In this document: piece by piece, positions 15,683-26,387 of the stretch
How positions within the stretch are numbered: the first letter of the stretch is position 1
Layout of the letters: each line of letters opens with the position of its first letter
Source: Dongiaceae bacterium
GTDB taxonomy: Bacteria; Pseudomonadota; Alphaproteobacteria; Dongiales; Dongiaceae
Length of the DNA: 64,000 bases
Direction of reading: 5' to 3'
Assembly: GCA_040881945.1 (NCBI GenBank)
Contig: JBBECF010000157.1
Coordinates: 13,301 to 77,300, forward strand
Position numbers and translations under genes: made by a program
The notes under the pieces: model-generated
Told to the model about the DNA's origin: nothing
The model's database searches: none
What the model saw: the letters and a program-made list of their open reading frames with translations, nothing else

Positions 15683-17344
15683 TCATATCCGCACCAGATG
15701 CACCTGGGTGTCCGGTTTCTTGCCGCGGCTTGCCAGCAACGTCCGCCGCACCGCCAGGCGCGCCGCCTCCTTGAGCGCCGCGTCATCGCGGCGCAGGGCG
15801 GCCGGCAGGCCGGCGAGCGCGCCCTGCACGGCGACCAGCGCCGCCTCCCAGCTCGCCGCGTCGCGCTCGGGGTCGAGCAGCCCGTGCACGGCGAGTTGCG
15901 GGTCGGCTTGCAGGCGCCCGTCGCGGTCCACCACCAGGGTCAGCACGGCGGCGCCGTTGTACAGCATGCGGTGGCGGCGCTTCATCATCGGACCGTCCAG
16001 CGGCACCAGCTCGTTGCCGTCCACGGCCAGCCGTCCGGACGGCACCCGCCCGACGACCTGCGCCGGCCCCGGTGCCAGGCGGACCACGGCGCCGTTCTCG
16101 ACGACCAGCGCGGTCGGCACCTGGCAACTCTCGGCGAGGCGCGCGTGGGCGCGCAGGTGCCGCGCCTCGCCGTGCACGGGCACGGCCACGCGCGGCCGCA
16201 CCCACTGATACATCGCCGCCAGCTCGTCCCGCGCCGGATGGCCGGAGACGTGGACGAAATGGTCGCGCTCGGTCACCACCTCGACGCCCATTCGCGCCAG
16301 GTCGTTGTGCAGCCGGCCGATGGCGCGCTCGTTGCCGGGGATGATGCGCGACGAGAAGATCGCCGCGTCGCCGGGCTCCAGGGTCACGCCGGGATGATCG
16401 CCGCGGGCGATGCGGGCGAGCGCCGAGCGCGGCTCGCCCTGGCTGCCGGTGCACAGCATCAGCACCTTGTCGCGCGGCAGATACGCGACATCGTGCTCGC
16501 GGACGAAGGGCGGCACATCGGCGAGGTAGCCGGTTTCGCGCGCCGCCGCGTCGATGCGCCACAACGACCGGCCGACCAGGCCGGCGTGGCGGTCGTGCGC
16601 GGCGGCGACCCAGGCGCCGGTCTCCAGGCGCGCGACGTTGCTCGCGAAACAGGCGATGGCGACGCGCTGGGTCATGCGCCCGACCAGCCGGCCCAGGCTT
16701 TCCCGCACCGCCGCCTCGGACCCGGACTCGCCGGGGACCATGGCGTTGGTCGAATCGCAGACCATGGCGAGTACGCCTTCATCGCCCAACCGGCGCAGCG
16801 CCGCTTCGTCGGCGAGCGGCCCGACCAACGGGTCGGGGTCGAGCTTCCAATCGCCGGTGTGCAGCACGGTGCCGAGCGGCGTGCGCACGACCACGGCGTT
16901 GGGCTCCGGGATCGAGTGGGTGAGCGTGATCAGCTCCAGCTCGAACGGGCCGACGGCGAAGCGCCCGGACATCGGCACCTCGGTGATCGGCGCCTGGTCC
17001 TGAAGCCCGGCGTCGCGCAGCTTGCGCCGCAGCAGCGCGGCCGTGAACGGCGTGGCGAAAAGCGGACAGCGCAGCCGCGGCCACAGATAGGGCACCGCGC
17101 CGATGTGGTCCTCGTGGGCGTGGGTCAGCACCAGACCGGCCAGGTCGGCGCGCCGTTCCGCGATGAAGCCGGGATCGGGCATGATCACCTCGATGCCCGG
17201 CGTCGTGTCGTCGCCGAAGGTGACGCCGAGGTCGATCATCAGCCACTTGCCGGCGTGGCCGTAGAGATTGAGGTTCATGCCGATTTCGCCGGTTCCGCCC
17301 AAGGGCAGGAACAACAGCTCGTCGGCCCCGGGCCGATCGATCAT
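15683..17344 (-). CDS. rnj: Ribonuclease J (metallo-beta-lactamase/beta-CASP)
   Basis: LGGTGEIGMNLNLY, THAHEDHIGAVPYLW and HVSGHPARDEL motifs. Confidence 0.85.
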   Translation of the reverse strand: MIDRPGADELLFLPLGGTGEIGMNLNLYGHAGKWLMIDLGVTFGDDTTPGIEVIMPDPGFIAERRADLAGLVLTHAHEDHIGAVPYLWPRLRCPLFATPFTAALLRRKLRDAGLQDQAPITEVPMSGRFAVGPFELELITLTHSIPEPNAVVVRTPLGTVLHTGDWKLDPDPLVGPLADEAALRRLGDEGVLAMVCDSTNAMVPGESGSEAAVRESLGRLVGRMTQRVAIACFASNVARLETGAWVAAAHDRHAGLVGRSLWRIDAAARETGYLADVPPFVREHDVAYLPRDKVLMLCTGSQGEPRSALARIARGDHPGVTLEPGDAAIFSSRIIPGNERAIGRLHNDLARMGVEVVTERDHFVHVSGHPARDELAAMYQWVRPRVAVPVHGEARHLRAHARLAESCQVPTALVVENGAVVRLAPGPAQVVGRVPSGRLAVDGNELVPLDGPMMKRRHRMLYNGAAVLTLVVDRDGRLQADPQLAVHGLLDPERDAASWEAALVAVQGALAGLPAALRRDDAALKEAARLAVRRTLLASRGKKPDTQVHLVRI

Positions 17345-18123
17345 TGGGCGGCGCCGGCCCGGTTCAAGCGGTGGAGCATCTCCAGGCCGTGCAGCGTCAG
17401 GTCCGGGTCGACCTGTTCGATGACGCCGGTCGCGTCGCGGAACAGCGGCGCCAGCCCGCCGGTCGCGATCACCTTCATCGGTGCGCCGTACTCCGCCTGG
17501 ATGCGGGCGACCAGTCCCTCGATCAGCCCGACATAGCCCCAGAAGATGCCGGAATGCATGGCCGGGACGGTGCTCTTGCCGATCACCCGGCGCGGCCGCT
17601 GCACGGCCACGCGCGGCAGCTTCGCCGCGGCCATGTAGAGGGCGTCGAGCGACAGGTTGACGCCCGGCGCGATGACGCCGCCGATGTAGTCGCCGCGGTC
17701 GTTGACCACGTCGAAGCTCGTCGCCGTCCCGAAGTCGACGACGATCAACGGTCCGCCATAGCGGCGGTGCGCCGCGACGGCGTTGACCAGGCGGTCGGCG
17801 CCGGCGTCCTCCGGCCGGTCGATGTCGATCTTGATGCCGAGCCGCACGGAGTCATCGCCGACGATCAGCGGCTCGCAGGCGAAATAGCGGCGGACCAGGG
17901 TCTTCAAGTTGAACAGCGCCTCCGGCACCACGGTGGCGACGATCGCGCCGTCGATGTCGGCGGGGGCCATGCCCTGCAGCGCCATGAGTTGCATCAGCCA
18001 CACCGCGTATTCGTCGGCGGTGCGGCGGACCTCGGTGGCGGCGCGCCAGCTTCCATGCAGCTCCTCGCCCGCGAAGACGGCAAACACGACATTGGTGTTT
18101 CCGCAATTGATGGCGAGAAGCAT
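17341..18123 (-). CDS. coaX: Type III pantothenate kinase
   Basis: MLLAINCGNTNVVFAVF..., GADRLVNAVAA, VVDFGTATSFDVV. Start at the internal ATG 18123; the stop overlaps the rnj start. Confidence 0.85.
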   Translation of the reverse strand: MLLAINCGNTNVVFAVFAGEELHGSWRAATEVRRTADEYAVWLMQLMALQGMAPADIDGAIVATVVPEALFNLKTLVRRYFACEPLIVGDDSVRLGIKIDIDRPEDAGADRLVNAVAAHRRYGGPLIVVDFGTATSFDVVNDRGDYIGGVIAPGVNLSLDALYMAAAKLPRVAVQRPRRVIGKSTVPAMHSGIFWGYVGLIEGLVARIQAEYGAPMKVIATGGLAPLFRDATGVIEQVDPDLTLHGLEMLHRLNRAGAAQ

Positions 18124-18139
18124 GCGTCGAGCCTTTCCC

Positions 18140-18904
18140 TCAGAGCCCGGGATAGAACACCTCGCCCGCGGCGATGGTGCGACGGCCGCCGCCGGGCAGG
18201 TCGAGCACCAGGCCGCCGCCCTCATCGAGGGCGGCGAAGCGGCCGGCCAGGGTCTCGCCGACCAGCCGCGCCTCGACGGGTTGCCCAAGGCCGCGCGCGC
18301 CGTCGAGCCAGCGGGCGCGGATCGGTGCGAAGCCTTCGGCACGCCACTGCCGGTACCAGTCCAGGAAATGTCGGGCGAAGGCCTCGAGCACGCCGGCGAC
18401 GCTCGCCTCGCCCGCCCCCACCGCGCCCAGGCTGGTCGCCGGGAACGGCGCGTCGTCGGGGCAGCTTTCGACGTTCACGCCGACGCCGACGACCAGCCAG
18501 TCGAGCGCCGGCCCCGGCGACGCCGAGGTCTCGAGCAGGATGCCGGCGACCTTGCGCCCACCCACCAGGACGTCGTTGGGCCACTTGTATTGCACGCTGG
18601 TCCCGGCCGGCAGCAGCCCATCGAGGGCGGCGCCGAGACCGACGGCGGTGACGAAACTAAGCTGCGCCGCCGTGGCCGGCGCGCAGGCCGGACGCAAGAC
18701 GAGCGACACATAGAGGTTGCCCGGCGGCGACTGCCACGCACGGCCGCGCCGGCCGCGGCCGGCAAGCTGCTCCCGCGCCCACAGCAGCGTGCCCTCGGCG
18801 GCGCCGGCGGCCGCCTGTCGGCGGCCCTCCTCGTTGGTGCTATCGATGCGGTCGAACGCGACGAGGCGATAGAACGACGGCAGCCGCGGCGCCGCGGCGG
18901 TCAT
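18140..18904 (-). CDS. birA: Biotin-[acetyl-CoA-carboxylase] ligase
   Basis: [27 protein letters not shown] and [19 protein letters not shown]. Start ATG 18904 overlaps the nuoN stop. The upstream part of the 696-aa track ORF is non-protein-like. Confidence 0.85.
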   Translation of the reverse strand: MTAAAPRLPSFYRLVAFDRIDSTNEEGRRQAAAGAAEGTLLWAREQLAGRGRRGRAWQSPPGNLYVSLVLRPACAPATAAQLSFVTAVGLGAALDGLLPAGTSVQYKWPNDVLVGGRKVAGILLETSASPGPALDWLVVGVGVNVESCPDDAPFPATSLGAVGAGEASVAGVLEAFARHFLDWYRQWRAEGFAPIRARWLDGARGLGQPVEARLVGETLAGRFAALDEGGGLVLDLPGGGRRTIAAGEVFYPGL

Positions 18905-20334
18905 CCGGGAAACAGGGCGGCGGCGGCGGCCGCGGCGCCCTCGACGATCGGGCCCGGAACCGCGAAGAACAGCACGATGAAGACGCCGCTCACGGCGAGC
19001 ACCCCGGTCATCTCCCAGCCGAGCGGACGGTCGAAATCCTCGATCGGTTCGTCGAAGTACATCAGCTTGACGATGCGCAAATAATAGAAGGCCCCCAGCA
19101 CGCTGGTGACGACGCCGATGACGGCCAGCGCATAGAGCTCCGCCTCGATGGCGGCGAGGAACACGTAGAGCTTGCCGAAGAAACCGGCGAGCGGCGGGAT
19201 GCCGGCCATCGAGAACATGAACACGGCCAGCGCCAGTGCCATCACCGGGTGCGTCTTGGACAGGCCGGCCAGGTCGGCGATCTCCTCCACCATGCGGCCC
19301 TTCTGCCGCATGCACAGGATACAGGCGAAGGTGCCGGCGGTCATGAACATGTAGATCGCCAGATAGACGAGCACGCCGCGCACGCCGACCTCGGTGCCGG
19401 GGGCAAGTCCGATCAGCGCGTAGCCGACATGGCCGATCGAGCTGTACGCCATCAGCCGCTTGATGTTGCTCTGGTTGATCGCGGCCAGGGCGCCGAGGAC
19501 CATCGAGGCGATGGAGATGAAGACGATGATCTGCTGCCATTGCTCGACCAGGTCGCCGAACGGTCCGACCATGACGCGCACGAACAGGCCGAGGGCGGCG
19601 ATCTTGGGCGCCAGCGCGAAGAACGCGGTGACCGGCGTCGGCGCGCCCTCGTAAACGTCCGGCGTCCACATGTGGAAGGGCACCGCGGCGACCTTGAAGG
19701 CGAGGCCGGCCGCCAGGAAGACGATGCCGACGATCAGCCCGATCGGCGCCGCGCCGGCGCCGCCGATCGTCGCCGCCAGCCCGGCGAAGGCGGTCGTCCC
19801 GGCGAAGCCGTAGATCATCGAGCTGCCGTAGAGCAGCATGCCCGAGGCGAGCGCACCGAGAACGAAGTATTTCAGCCCGGCCTCGGTCGAACGCAAGGAG
19901 TCGCGGCGGAACGCGGCCACGACATAGAGCGCCAGGCTCTGCAGTTCGAGCCCGAGATAGAGCGAGATGAGGTCGTTGGCCGAGACCATCATCAGCATGC
20001 CGAGCGTCGCGAACAGCATCAGCACCGGAAATTCGAAGCGCGCCATGTCCTCCCGCTCGATGTAGTCGAGGGACATGATGACGGCGAGCGCCGAGGCGAG
20101 CAGCACCAACAGCTTCAGAAAGGCGGCGAATCGGTCCGCCACGAACAGGCCGCCGAAGGCGGTGCCGGTCGCGTCCGGCGCGACCCAGACGAGGACGAAG
20201 GCGACGACCAGGGCCAAGACCGTCAGCCACGCCACCGCCCGGACACCCTGGCCGCGGCGGAACACGCCGAACATGAGCAGCGCCATGCCGGCGACGGCGA
20301 GGAAGATCTCGGGAGCGGCAAGCATGTAGGACAT
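18901..20334 (-). CDS. nuoN: NADH-quinone oxidoreductase subunit N
   Basis: [25 protein letters not shown]... polytopic antiporter-like subunit at the last position of the nuo operon. Confidence 0.9.
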   Translation of the reverse strand: MSYMLAAPEIFLAVAGMALLMFGVFRRGQGVRAVAWLTVLALVVAFVLVWVAPDATGTAFGGLFVADRFAAFLKLLVLLASALAVIMSLDYIEREDMARFEFPVLMLFATLGMLMMVSANDLISLYLGLELQSLALYVVAAFRRDSLRSTEAGLKYFVLGALASGMLLYGSSMIYGFAGTTAFAGLAATIGGAGAAPIGLIVGIVFLAAGLAFKVAAVPFHMWTPDVYEGAPTPVTAFFALAPKIAALGLFVRVMVGPFGDLVEQWQQIIVFISIASMVLGALAAINQSNIKRLMAYSSIGHVGYALIGLAPGTEVGVRGVLVYLAIYMFMTAGTFACILCMRQKGRMVEEIADLAGLSKTHPVMALALAVFMFSMAGIPPLAGFFGKLYVFLAAIEAELYALAVIGVVTSVLGAFYYLRIVKLMYFDEPIEDFDRPLGWEMTGVLAVSGVFIVLFFAVPGPIVEGAAAAAAALFPG

Positions 20335-20354
20335 CAAGACCCGCCTCGGCTCCC

Positions 20355-21902
20355 TTATTCGGCCGCGACCGCGGCGGCCTGTTCCCAGGCCGCGGCCGCG
20401 AGCTCGATCAGCGACGGCGCCGGCGATCCGGCCCGCGCCGTGCCGTACTGCTCGATCAGGTTCTCGACGCTCGGCCCCACGATCTCGAGGAACGACATCG
20501 GATAGATGCCCATCCACAGGACGAGCACGACCAGGGGGGCGAACACCGCTATCTCGCGGCGGCTGAGGTCGGCGATGTTCATCAGGTCGGGCCGCACCAG
20601 CTTGCCGAAAATCACCCGGCGATACAGCCACAGCATGTAGGCGGCACCGAGGATGATCCCGGTCGTGATCAGGGTCGCGACCCAGGTATTGTCCTGGAAG
20701 GCGCCGACCATGACCAGAAATTCACCGACGAAGCCGCTCGTGCCGGGCAAGCCGACCGAGGCCAGGGTGAACAGCATGAACACGGCGGCATAGAGCGGCA
20801 TGCGGTGAACCAGGCCGCCGTAGCGCGCGATCAGGCGCGAATGCACGCGGTCATAGATCACCCCGACGATGAGGAACAGCGCGGCCGAAACGACGCCGTG
20901 GCTCAGCATCTGGAACAGCGCGCCCTCAATCCCCTGCCGCGTCAGGGTGAAGATGCCGACGGTCACGAATCCCATATGCGCGACCGAGGAATAGGCGATC
21001 AGCTTCTTCATGTCCTCCTGGGCGAGCGCGACCAACGAGGTGTAGATCACGGCGACGACGCTCAAGACATAGATCAGCGGCGTGAAAAAGGCCGAGGCGT
21101 CCGGGAACATCGGCAGCGAGAAGCGCAGGAACCCATAGGCGCCCATCTTTAGCAGGACGGCCGCCAGGATCACCGAACCGGCGGTCGGCGCCTCGACATG
21201 GGCGTCGGGCAGCCAGGTGTGCACCGGCCACATCGGCACCTTGACCGCGAACGAGGCGAAGAAGGCCAGCCACAGCCAGGTCTGCATGCCGGCCGGGAAA
21301 CCGTACCGCATCAGCGTCGGGATGTCCGTGGTGCCGGCCTCGAAATAGATCGCCAGGATGCCGAGCAGCATCAGCACCGAGCCGAGCAGCGTATAGAGAA
21401 AGAACTTGAAGGCGGCATAGACCCGCCGTTCGCCGCCCCACACCCCGATGATGAAGAACATCGGGATCAGCACGCCCTCGAAGAACACATAGAACGCGAC
21501 GAAGTCGAGGGCGCAGAACATCCCGACCATGAGGGTCTCGAGCACCAGGAAGGCGATCATGTACTCCTTGATCCGGGTCTGGATCGCCTCCCAGCTCGCG
21601 AGGATCGCGATCGGCGTCAGCAACGTGGACAGCAGCACCAGCAGCAACGAGATGCCGTCGACGCCCATGTGGTACGAGATGCCGAAGGACGGAATCCAAT
21701 CGACCTTCTCGACGAACTGGAATTCGGCGCTCGTGCGGTCGAAGTCGACCCACAACAGGAGCGAGAGCACGAAGGTAATCACCGACGTCCACAGGGCCAC
21801 GTTGCGCACGTTGCGCGCCACGATCTCGGCATCGCCGCGGATCACGAGGATGAATCCGGCGCCGACCAGCGGCAGGAACGTGACGAGGCTGAGTAGCGGC
21901 AT
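20355..21902 (-). CDS. nuoM: NADH-quinone oxidoreductase subunit M
   Basis: 515 aa, with the [18 protein letters not shown] motif. Confidence 0.9.
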   Translation of the reverse strand: MPLLSLVTFLPLVGAGFILVIRGDAEIVARNVRNVALWTSVITFVLSLLLWVDFDRTSAEFQFVEKVDWIPSFGISYHMGVDGISLLLVLLSTLLTPIAILASWEAIQTRIKEYMIAFLVLETLMVGMFCALDFVAFYVFFEGVLIPMFFIIGVWGGERRVYAAFKFFLYTLLGSVLMLLGILAIYFEAGTTDIPTLMRYGFPAGMQTWLWLAFFASFAVKVPMWPVHTWLPDAHVEAPTAGSVILAAVLLKMGAYGFLRFSLPMFPDASAFFTPLIYVLSVVAVIYTSLVALAQEDMKKLIAYSSVAHMGFVTVGIFTLTRQGIEGALFQMLSHGVVSAALFLIVGVIYDRVHSRLIARYGGLVHRMPLYAAVFMLFTLASVGLPGTSGFVGEFLVMVGAFQDNTWVATLITTGIILGAAYMLWLYRRVIFGKLVRPDLMNIADLSRREIAVFAPLVVLVLWMGIYPMSFLEIVGPSVENLIEQYGTARAGSPAPSLIELAAAAWEQAAAVAAE

Positions 21903-21917
21903 CCGTCTCCCCTGCCC

Positions 21918-23864
21918 TCAGCCGACCCGCGCGAGCAGGTACCACGACACCAGCGCCACGACGCCGATCAGCATGGCGAAGGCATAGTGGTAGACATAGC
22001 CAGTCTGCAGGCGGCTGGCGCGCTGCGCCAGGTTGAGCGCCGCCGCCGCCACGCCGTCCGGGCCGACGCCGTCGATCAACGCCCCGTCGCCGGACTTCCA
22101 TAGGCCGTAACCCAGGTAGTTCGCAAATCGGACGAACAAAAGATCGTAAGCCTCGTCGAAATACCATTTATTGAGCAGGAATAAATAGAGCGCGCGCACC
22201 CGCCCGACGATTGCGGCCGGCAAGTCTGGCCGCCGCATGTACATGAGATAGGCCAGGGCAATCCCGATCGCCGCCGCCCCCAGCGGCGCCAGCTTGACCA
22301 GGAGCGGCACGTGATGCGCCGCCTCGATCGAATCGTTGCCCGGCAGCACGAGCAGCGAGTCGCCCCAGAACGACTCCATTCCCTCGCCGACGAACTGGGA
22401 ATAGCCGATCGCCCCGGCGAAGACGGCGCCCAGCGCGAGCACGATCAAGGGCACCAGCATGATCTTCGGCGATTCGTGGACATGCGCCATCACCTTGTCG
22501 TCGGCGCGCGGGAGCCCGTGGAAGGTCATCAACAGCAACCGCCACGAATAGAAGGCGGTCAGGACCGCGACCAGGAGCCCGAGCCAGAACGCATACCGTC
22601 CGACCCCGGTTTCGGCCGCCCAGGCGGCCTCCAGGATCACGTCCTTGGAGTAGAACCCGGCAAAGCCGAACAGCCCCGGGATGCCGACGCCGGCGAGCGA
22701 CAGGCTGCCGATCCACATCACCGCGTAGGTGACCGGCACCAGCCGCCAGATCCCGCCCATCTTGCGCATGTCCTGTTCGGCCGACATGGCGTGGATCACC
22801 GACCCGGCGCCGAGGAACAGCAGCGCCTTGAAGAAGGCGTGGGTGTAGAGGTGAAACATCGCCGCGCCGTAGGCCGAGACGCCGGCGGCGAAAAACATGT
22901 AGCCGAGCTGGCTGCAGGTCGAATAGGCGATGACCCGCTTGATGTCGTTCTGGCAGAGGGCGATGGTGGCGGCGAAGATCGCGGTCGTCGCGCCGACCAG
23001 CGTCACCACTATGAGCGCCGTCGGCGCGTATTCGAACATCGGCGACAGCCGGACGACCATGAACACGCCGGCGGTCACCATGGTCGCCGCGTGGATCAGC
23101 GCCGAGACCGGGGTCGGACCCTCCATGGCGTCGGGCAACCAGGTATGCAGGCCGATCTGCGCCGACTTTCCCATGGCGCCGATGAACAACAGGATACACA
23201 GCGTGTCGAGGGTATCGACGCGCAGGCCGAGGAAGTCGATGACCGTACCGGCCCTGTCCGGCGTCGCCGCGAAGACGGTGTCGAAATCGATCGAGCCGAA
23301 GACGAAGAACACGCCCATGATGCCGAGGGCGAAGCCGAAGTCGCCGACGCGGTTGACGATGAACGCCTTGATCGCCGCCGCATTGGCCGTCTCCCGGTCG
23401 TACCAGAAGCCGATCAGCAGGTACGAGCACAGCCCGACGCCTTCCCAGCCGAAGAACAGTTGCAGGAAATTGTCGGCCGTCACCAGCGACAGCATGAAGA
23501 ACGTAAACAGGCTGAGATAGGCGAAGAACCGCGGGATCGACTTGTCGTGATGCATATAGCCGATGGAATAGACGTGCACCATGGCGGACACGAAGCTGAC
23601 CACGAACATCATGACCGCCGAGAGCTGATCGACGCGCAGCGCCCAGGACGCCTCGAACGCGCCCGAGTCGACCCAGGTGAACAGCTCGGTCGTGCGCGGC
23701 TGACCGCCGAACGCGACGTCGACGAGGACCGGCACCGACAGCGCCGCCGAGGCGAGCATCAACCCGCAGGACACGGCCTGCGCCCCCTTGTCGCCGATCT
23801 GGCGGCCGAACAGGCCGGCGATGACGGCGCCGATCAACGGCAGGAAGATGACGGCCGCGTCCAT
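21918..23864 (-). CDS. nuoL: NADH-quinone oxidoreductase subunit L
   Basis: 648 aa, with WLPDAMEGPTPVSALIHAATMV and a long C-terminal amphipathic extension. Confidence 0.9.
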   Translation of the reverse strand: MDAAVIFLPLIGAVIAGLFGRQIGDKGAQAVSCGLMLASAALSVPVLVDVAFGGQPRTTELFTWVDSGAFEASWALRVDQLSAVMMFVVSFVSAMVHVYSIGYMHHDKSIPRFFAYLSLFTFFMLSLVTADNFLQLFFGWEGVGLCSYLLIGFWYDRETANAAAIKAFIVNRVGDFGFALGIMGVFFVFGSIDFDTVFAATPDRAGTVIDFLGLRVDTLDTLCILLFIGAMGKSAQIGLHTWLPDAMEGPTPVSALIHAATMVTAGVFMVVRLSPMFEYAPTALIVVTLVGATTAIFAATIALCQNDIKRVIAYSTCSQLGYMFFAAGVSAYGAAMFHLYTHAFFKALLFLGAGSVIHAMSAEQDMRKMGGIWRLVPVTYAVMWIGSLSLAGVGIPGLFGFAGFYSKDVILEAAWAAETGVGRYAFWLGLLVAVLTAFYSWRLLLMTFHGLPRADDKVMAHVHESPKIMLVPLIVLALGAVFAGAIGYSQFVGEGMESFWGDSLLVLPGNDSIEAAHHVPLLVKLAPLGAAAIGIALAYLMYMRRPDLPAAIVGRVRALYLFLLNKWYFDEAYDLLFVRFANYLGYGLWKSGDGALIDGVGPDGVAAAALNLAQRASRLQTGYVYHYAFAMLIGVVALVSWYLLARVG

Positions 23865-23871
23865 TCCCGCC

Positions 23872-24183
23872 TCAACCCTTCATCAGGTTGATGTCTTCAA
23901 CGGCGATCGACCCGCGGTTGCGGAAGTAGACCACCAGGATGGCGAGGCCGATCGCCGCCTCGGCGGCCGCCACGGTCAACACGAACATGGCGAAGACCTG
24001 GCCGACCAGGTCGCCGAGATGGACCGAGAACGACACCAGGTTGATGTTGACGGCGAGCAGCATCAGCTCGATCGACATCAGGATGATGATGACGTTCTTG
24101 CGGTTGAGGAAAATGCCGAAAATGCCCAGCGTGAACAGGATCGCGGCCACGGTGAGATAATGGGCGAGGCCGATGTCGAACAT
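23872..24183 (-). CDS. nuoK: NADH-quinone oxidoreductase subunit K
   Basis: 103 aa, 3 TM, with [16 protein letters not shown]. Confidence 0.9.
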   Translation of the reverse strand: MFDIGLAHYLTVAAILFTLGIFGIFLNRKNVIIILMSIELMLLAVNINLVSFSVHLGDLVGQVFAMFVLTVAAAEAAIGLAILVVYFRNRGSIAVEDINLMKG

Positions 24184-24795
24184 TCAGATGCCGCTCCCCG
24201 TGGCCACATCCTTGATCTCGACCGAGCGCTTGCCGCGCGCGAGTTGGGCGGCGATCGACTGGCGCCGGACGCCTTCGCGCTGGCGCAGCGTCAGCACGAT
24301 GGCGCCGATCATGGCGACCAGCAGGATCAGCCCCGCCGCCTGGAACAGATAGACGTAATCGGTGTACAGCACGGCGCCGAGCGCGTGCGTGTTGGTGACC
24401 TCGCCGACCGGGGGGATCGGACGCTGGGCCGTCGCCAACGCCTCCGGCGCCGCCACCCAGGCGCCGAACACCAGCAGCAGTTCGACCAGCAGCACCAGCC
24501 CGATCAGCCCGCCGATCGGCAGATACTGCAGGAAGCCGCGGCGCAGCTCGACAAAATTGATATCGAGCATCATGACGACGAAGAGGAACAGCACGGCGAC
24601 CGCGCCGACATAGACGACGACCAGAATCATCGCCAGGAACTCGGCCCCCAGGAGGACAAACAGCCCGGCCGAATTGAAGAAGGCGAGAATCAGGAACAGC
24701 ACCGAGTGCACCGGGTTGCGGGCGGCGACCACCATGACCCCGGCGGCGAGCGCGGTCCCGGCGAACAGATAAAAGGCGAGCGCCTGGACGATCAT
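24184..24795 (-). CDS. nuoJ: NADH-quinone oxidoreductase subunit J
   Basis: MIVQALAFYLFAGTALAAGVMVVAARNPVHSVLFLIL; start at the internal ATG. Confidence 0.88.
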   Translation of the reverse strand: MIVQALAFYLFAGTALAAGVMVVAARNPVHSVLFLILAFFNSAGLFVLLGAEFLAMILVVVYVGAVAVLFLFVVMMLDINFVELRRGFLQYLPIGGLIGLVLLVELLLVFGAWVAAPEALATAQRPIPPVGEVTNTHALGAVLYTDYVYLFQAAGLILLVAMIGAIVLTLRQREGVRRQSIAAQLARGKRSVEIKDVATGSGI

Positions 24796-24805
24796 CGGGC
24801 GGCGC

Positions 24806-25294
24806 TCACCGGTACGGCGCGTCGGCCGCCAGGTTGGCGGCGATCTCCGCCTCCCAGCGGTCGCCGTTGGCGAGCAGCTTGTCCTTGTTGTAGAGCAGCT
24901 CCTCGCGCGTCTCCGTCGCAAATTCGAAGTTCGGGCCCTCGACGATCGCGTCGACCGGGCAAGCCTCCTGGCACAACCCGCAATAGATGCATTTGGTCAT
25001 GTCGATGTCGTAGCGTGTCGTGCGCCGGCTGCCGTCGGCGCGCGGCTCGGCCTCGATGGTGATGGCGAGCGCCGGGCACACGGCCTCGCACAGCTTGCAG
25101 GCGATGCAGCGTTCCTCGCCGTTCGGATAGCGGCGCAGCGCATGCTCGCCGCGGAAGCGCGGGCTGAGCGGTCCCTTCTCGAACGGGTAATTGAGCGTCA
25201 CGCGCGGCCGGAACATGTAGCCGAAGCTGAGCCGCAGCCCCGACAACAGCTCGCGGAGCAACAGGCTGTTCATGCCGCGATACAGGAAGCCCAT
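24806..25294 (-). CDS. nuoI: NADH-quinone oxidoreductase subunit I (2x[4Fe-4S] ferredoxin)
   Basis: [12 protein letters not shown] and [12 protein letters not shown]. The first ATG is at 25294; the track start at 25300 is TTG. Confidence 0.9.
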   Translation of the reverse strand: MGFLYRGMNSLLLRELLSGLRLSFGYMFRPRVTLNYPFEKGPLSPRFRGEHALRRYPNGEERCIACKLCEAVCPALAITIEAEPRADGSRRTTRYDIDMTKCIYCGLCQEACPVDAIVEGPNFEFATETREELLYNKDKLLANGDRWEAEIAANLAADAPYR

Positions 25295-25379
25295 GCTCAA
25301 CCGACTCCCGTCGCGCGCCCACCGGCCACCCGGCCGCCGCTACCATAGCCGGCGCGGCCGCCGGCGCAAGCCCCGCCGG

Positions 25380-26387
25380 TCACGGCAACCACCCGAAGGC
25401 GAGGAGCGCACCCGCCGTGACGACCACCCAAAGCATCGAAAACGGCAGGAACACTTTCCAGCCGAGGCGCATGAGCTGGTCATAGCGATAGCGCGGGAAC
25501 GACGCCCGCACCCAGATGACGCAGAACAGCACGAAGGCGACCTTGAGCGCGAACCACACCGGCCCCGGCACCCAATTGAACGGCGCCACGTCGAACGGCG
25601 GCAGCCAGCCGCCGAGGAACAGGATGGTCGTCGAGGCGCTCATCAGGATGATGTTGCCGTATTCGCCGAGGAAGAAGAGGGCGAAGGTCATTGCCGAGTA
25701 TTCCGAGAAATATCCGGCGACCAGCTCCGCTTCCGCCTCCGGCAGGTCGAACGGCGTCCGATTGGTCTCGGCCAGGCCCGAAATGAAAAAGATCACGAAC
25801 ATCGGCAACAGCGGCACGGCGAACCAGACGTTCTTCTGCGCCAGCACGACGTCCGTCAGATTCAGCGAACCGACGCACAGCAGCACAGTGATCATGACGA
25901 AGCCGATGGCGACCTCGTAGGACACCATCTGCGCCGCCGAGCGCAGCGCGCCGAGGAACGGATATTTCGAATTGCTCGCCCAACCGGCCATGACGACGCC
26001 ATAGACGCCGAGCGAGGATATCGCGAACAAGTAGAGCACGCCGACATTGATGTCGGCCAGCACGACGCCCTCGCCGAACGGGATGACCGCCCAGGCGACC
26101 AGGCTGAGCACGAAGGTGAGCATCGGCGCCGCGATGAACACGACGCGGCTGGCCCCGCTGGGGATGATGGTCTCCTTGAACATCAGCTTGAGCCCGTCGG
26201 CGATCGGCTGAAGCAGGCCGAACGGCCCGACCACGTTGGGGCCGCGGCGGAGCTGCATCGCCGCCATCACCTTGCGCTCGGCCAGGGTGAGATAGGCGAT
26301 CGCCCCCAGCAGCGGCGCCACGATGGCGACGATCTGAGCGACGATGATCGTCGCCGGCCAGACGTAGCCATCCCATAATTCAGTCAT
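25380..26387 (-). CDS. nuoH: NADH-quinone oxidoreductase subunit H
   Basis: 335 aa with [30 protein letters not shown]. Confidence 0.9.
   Translation of the reverse strand: MTELWDGYVWPATIIVAQIVAIVAPLLGAIAYLTLAERKVMAAMQLRRGPNVVGPFGLLQPIADGLKLMFKETIIPSGASRVVFIAAPMLTFVLSLVAWAVIPFGEGVVLADINVGVLYLFAISSLGVYGVVMAGWASNSKYPFLGALRSAAQMVSYEVAIGFVMITVLLCVGSLNLTDVVLAQKNVWFAVPLLPMFVIFFISGLAETNRTPFDLPEAEAELVAGYFSEYSAMTFALFFLGEYGNIILMSASTTILFLGGWLPPFDVAPFNWVPGPVWFALKVAFVLFCVIWVRASFPRYRYDQLMRLGWKVFLPFSMLWVVVTAGALLAFGWLP

Noticed and set aside
18140-20230. 696-aa minus-strand ORF suggesting a large BirA fusion protein
   Set aside because: Only the last 254 codons are BirA-like. The upstream part is out-of-frame overlap with nuoN, which has its own convincing frame (18901-20334).
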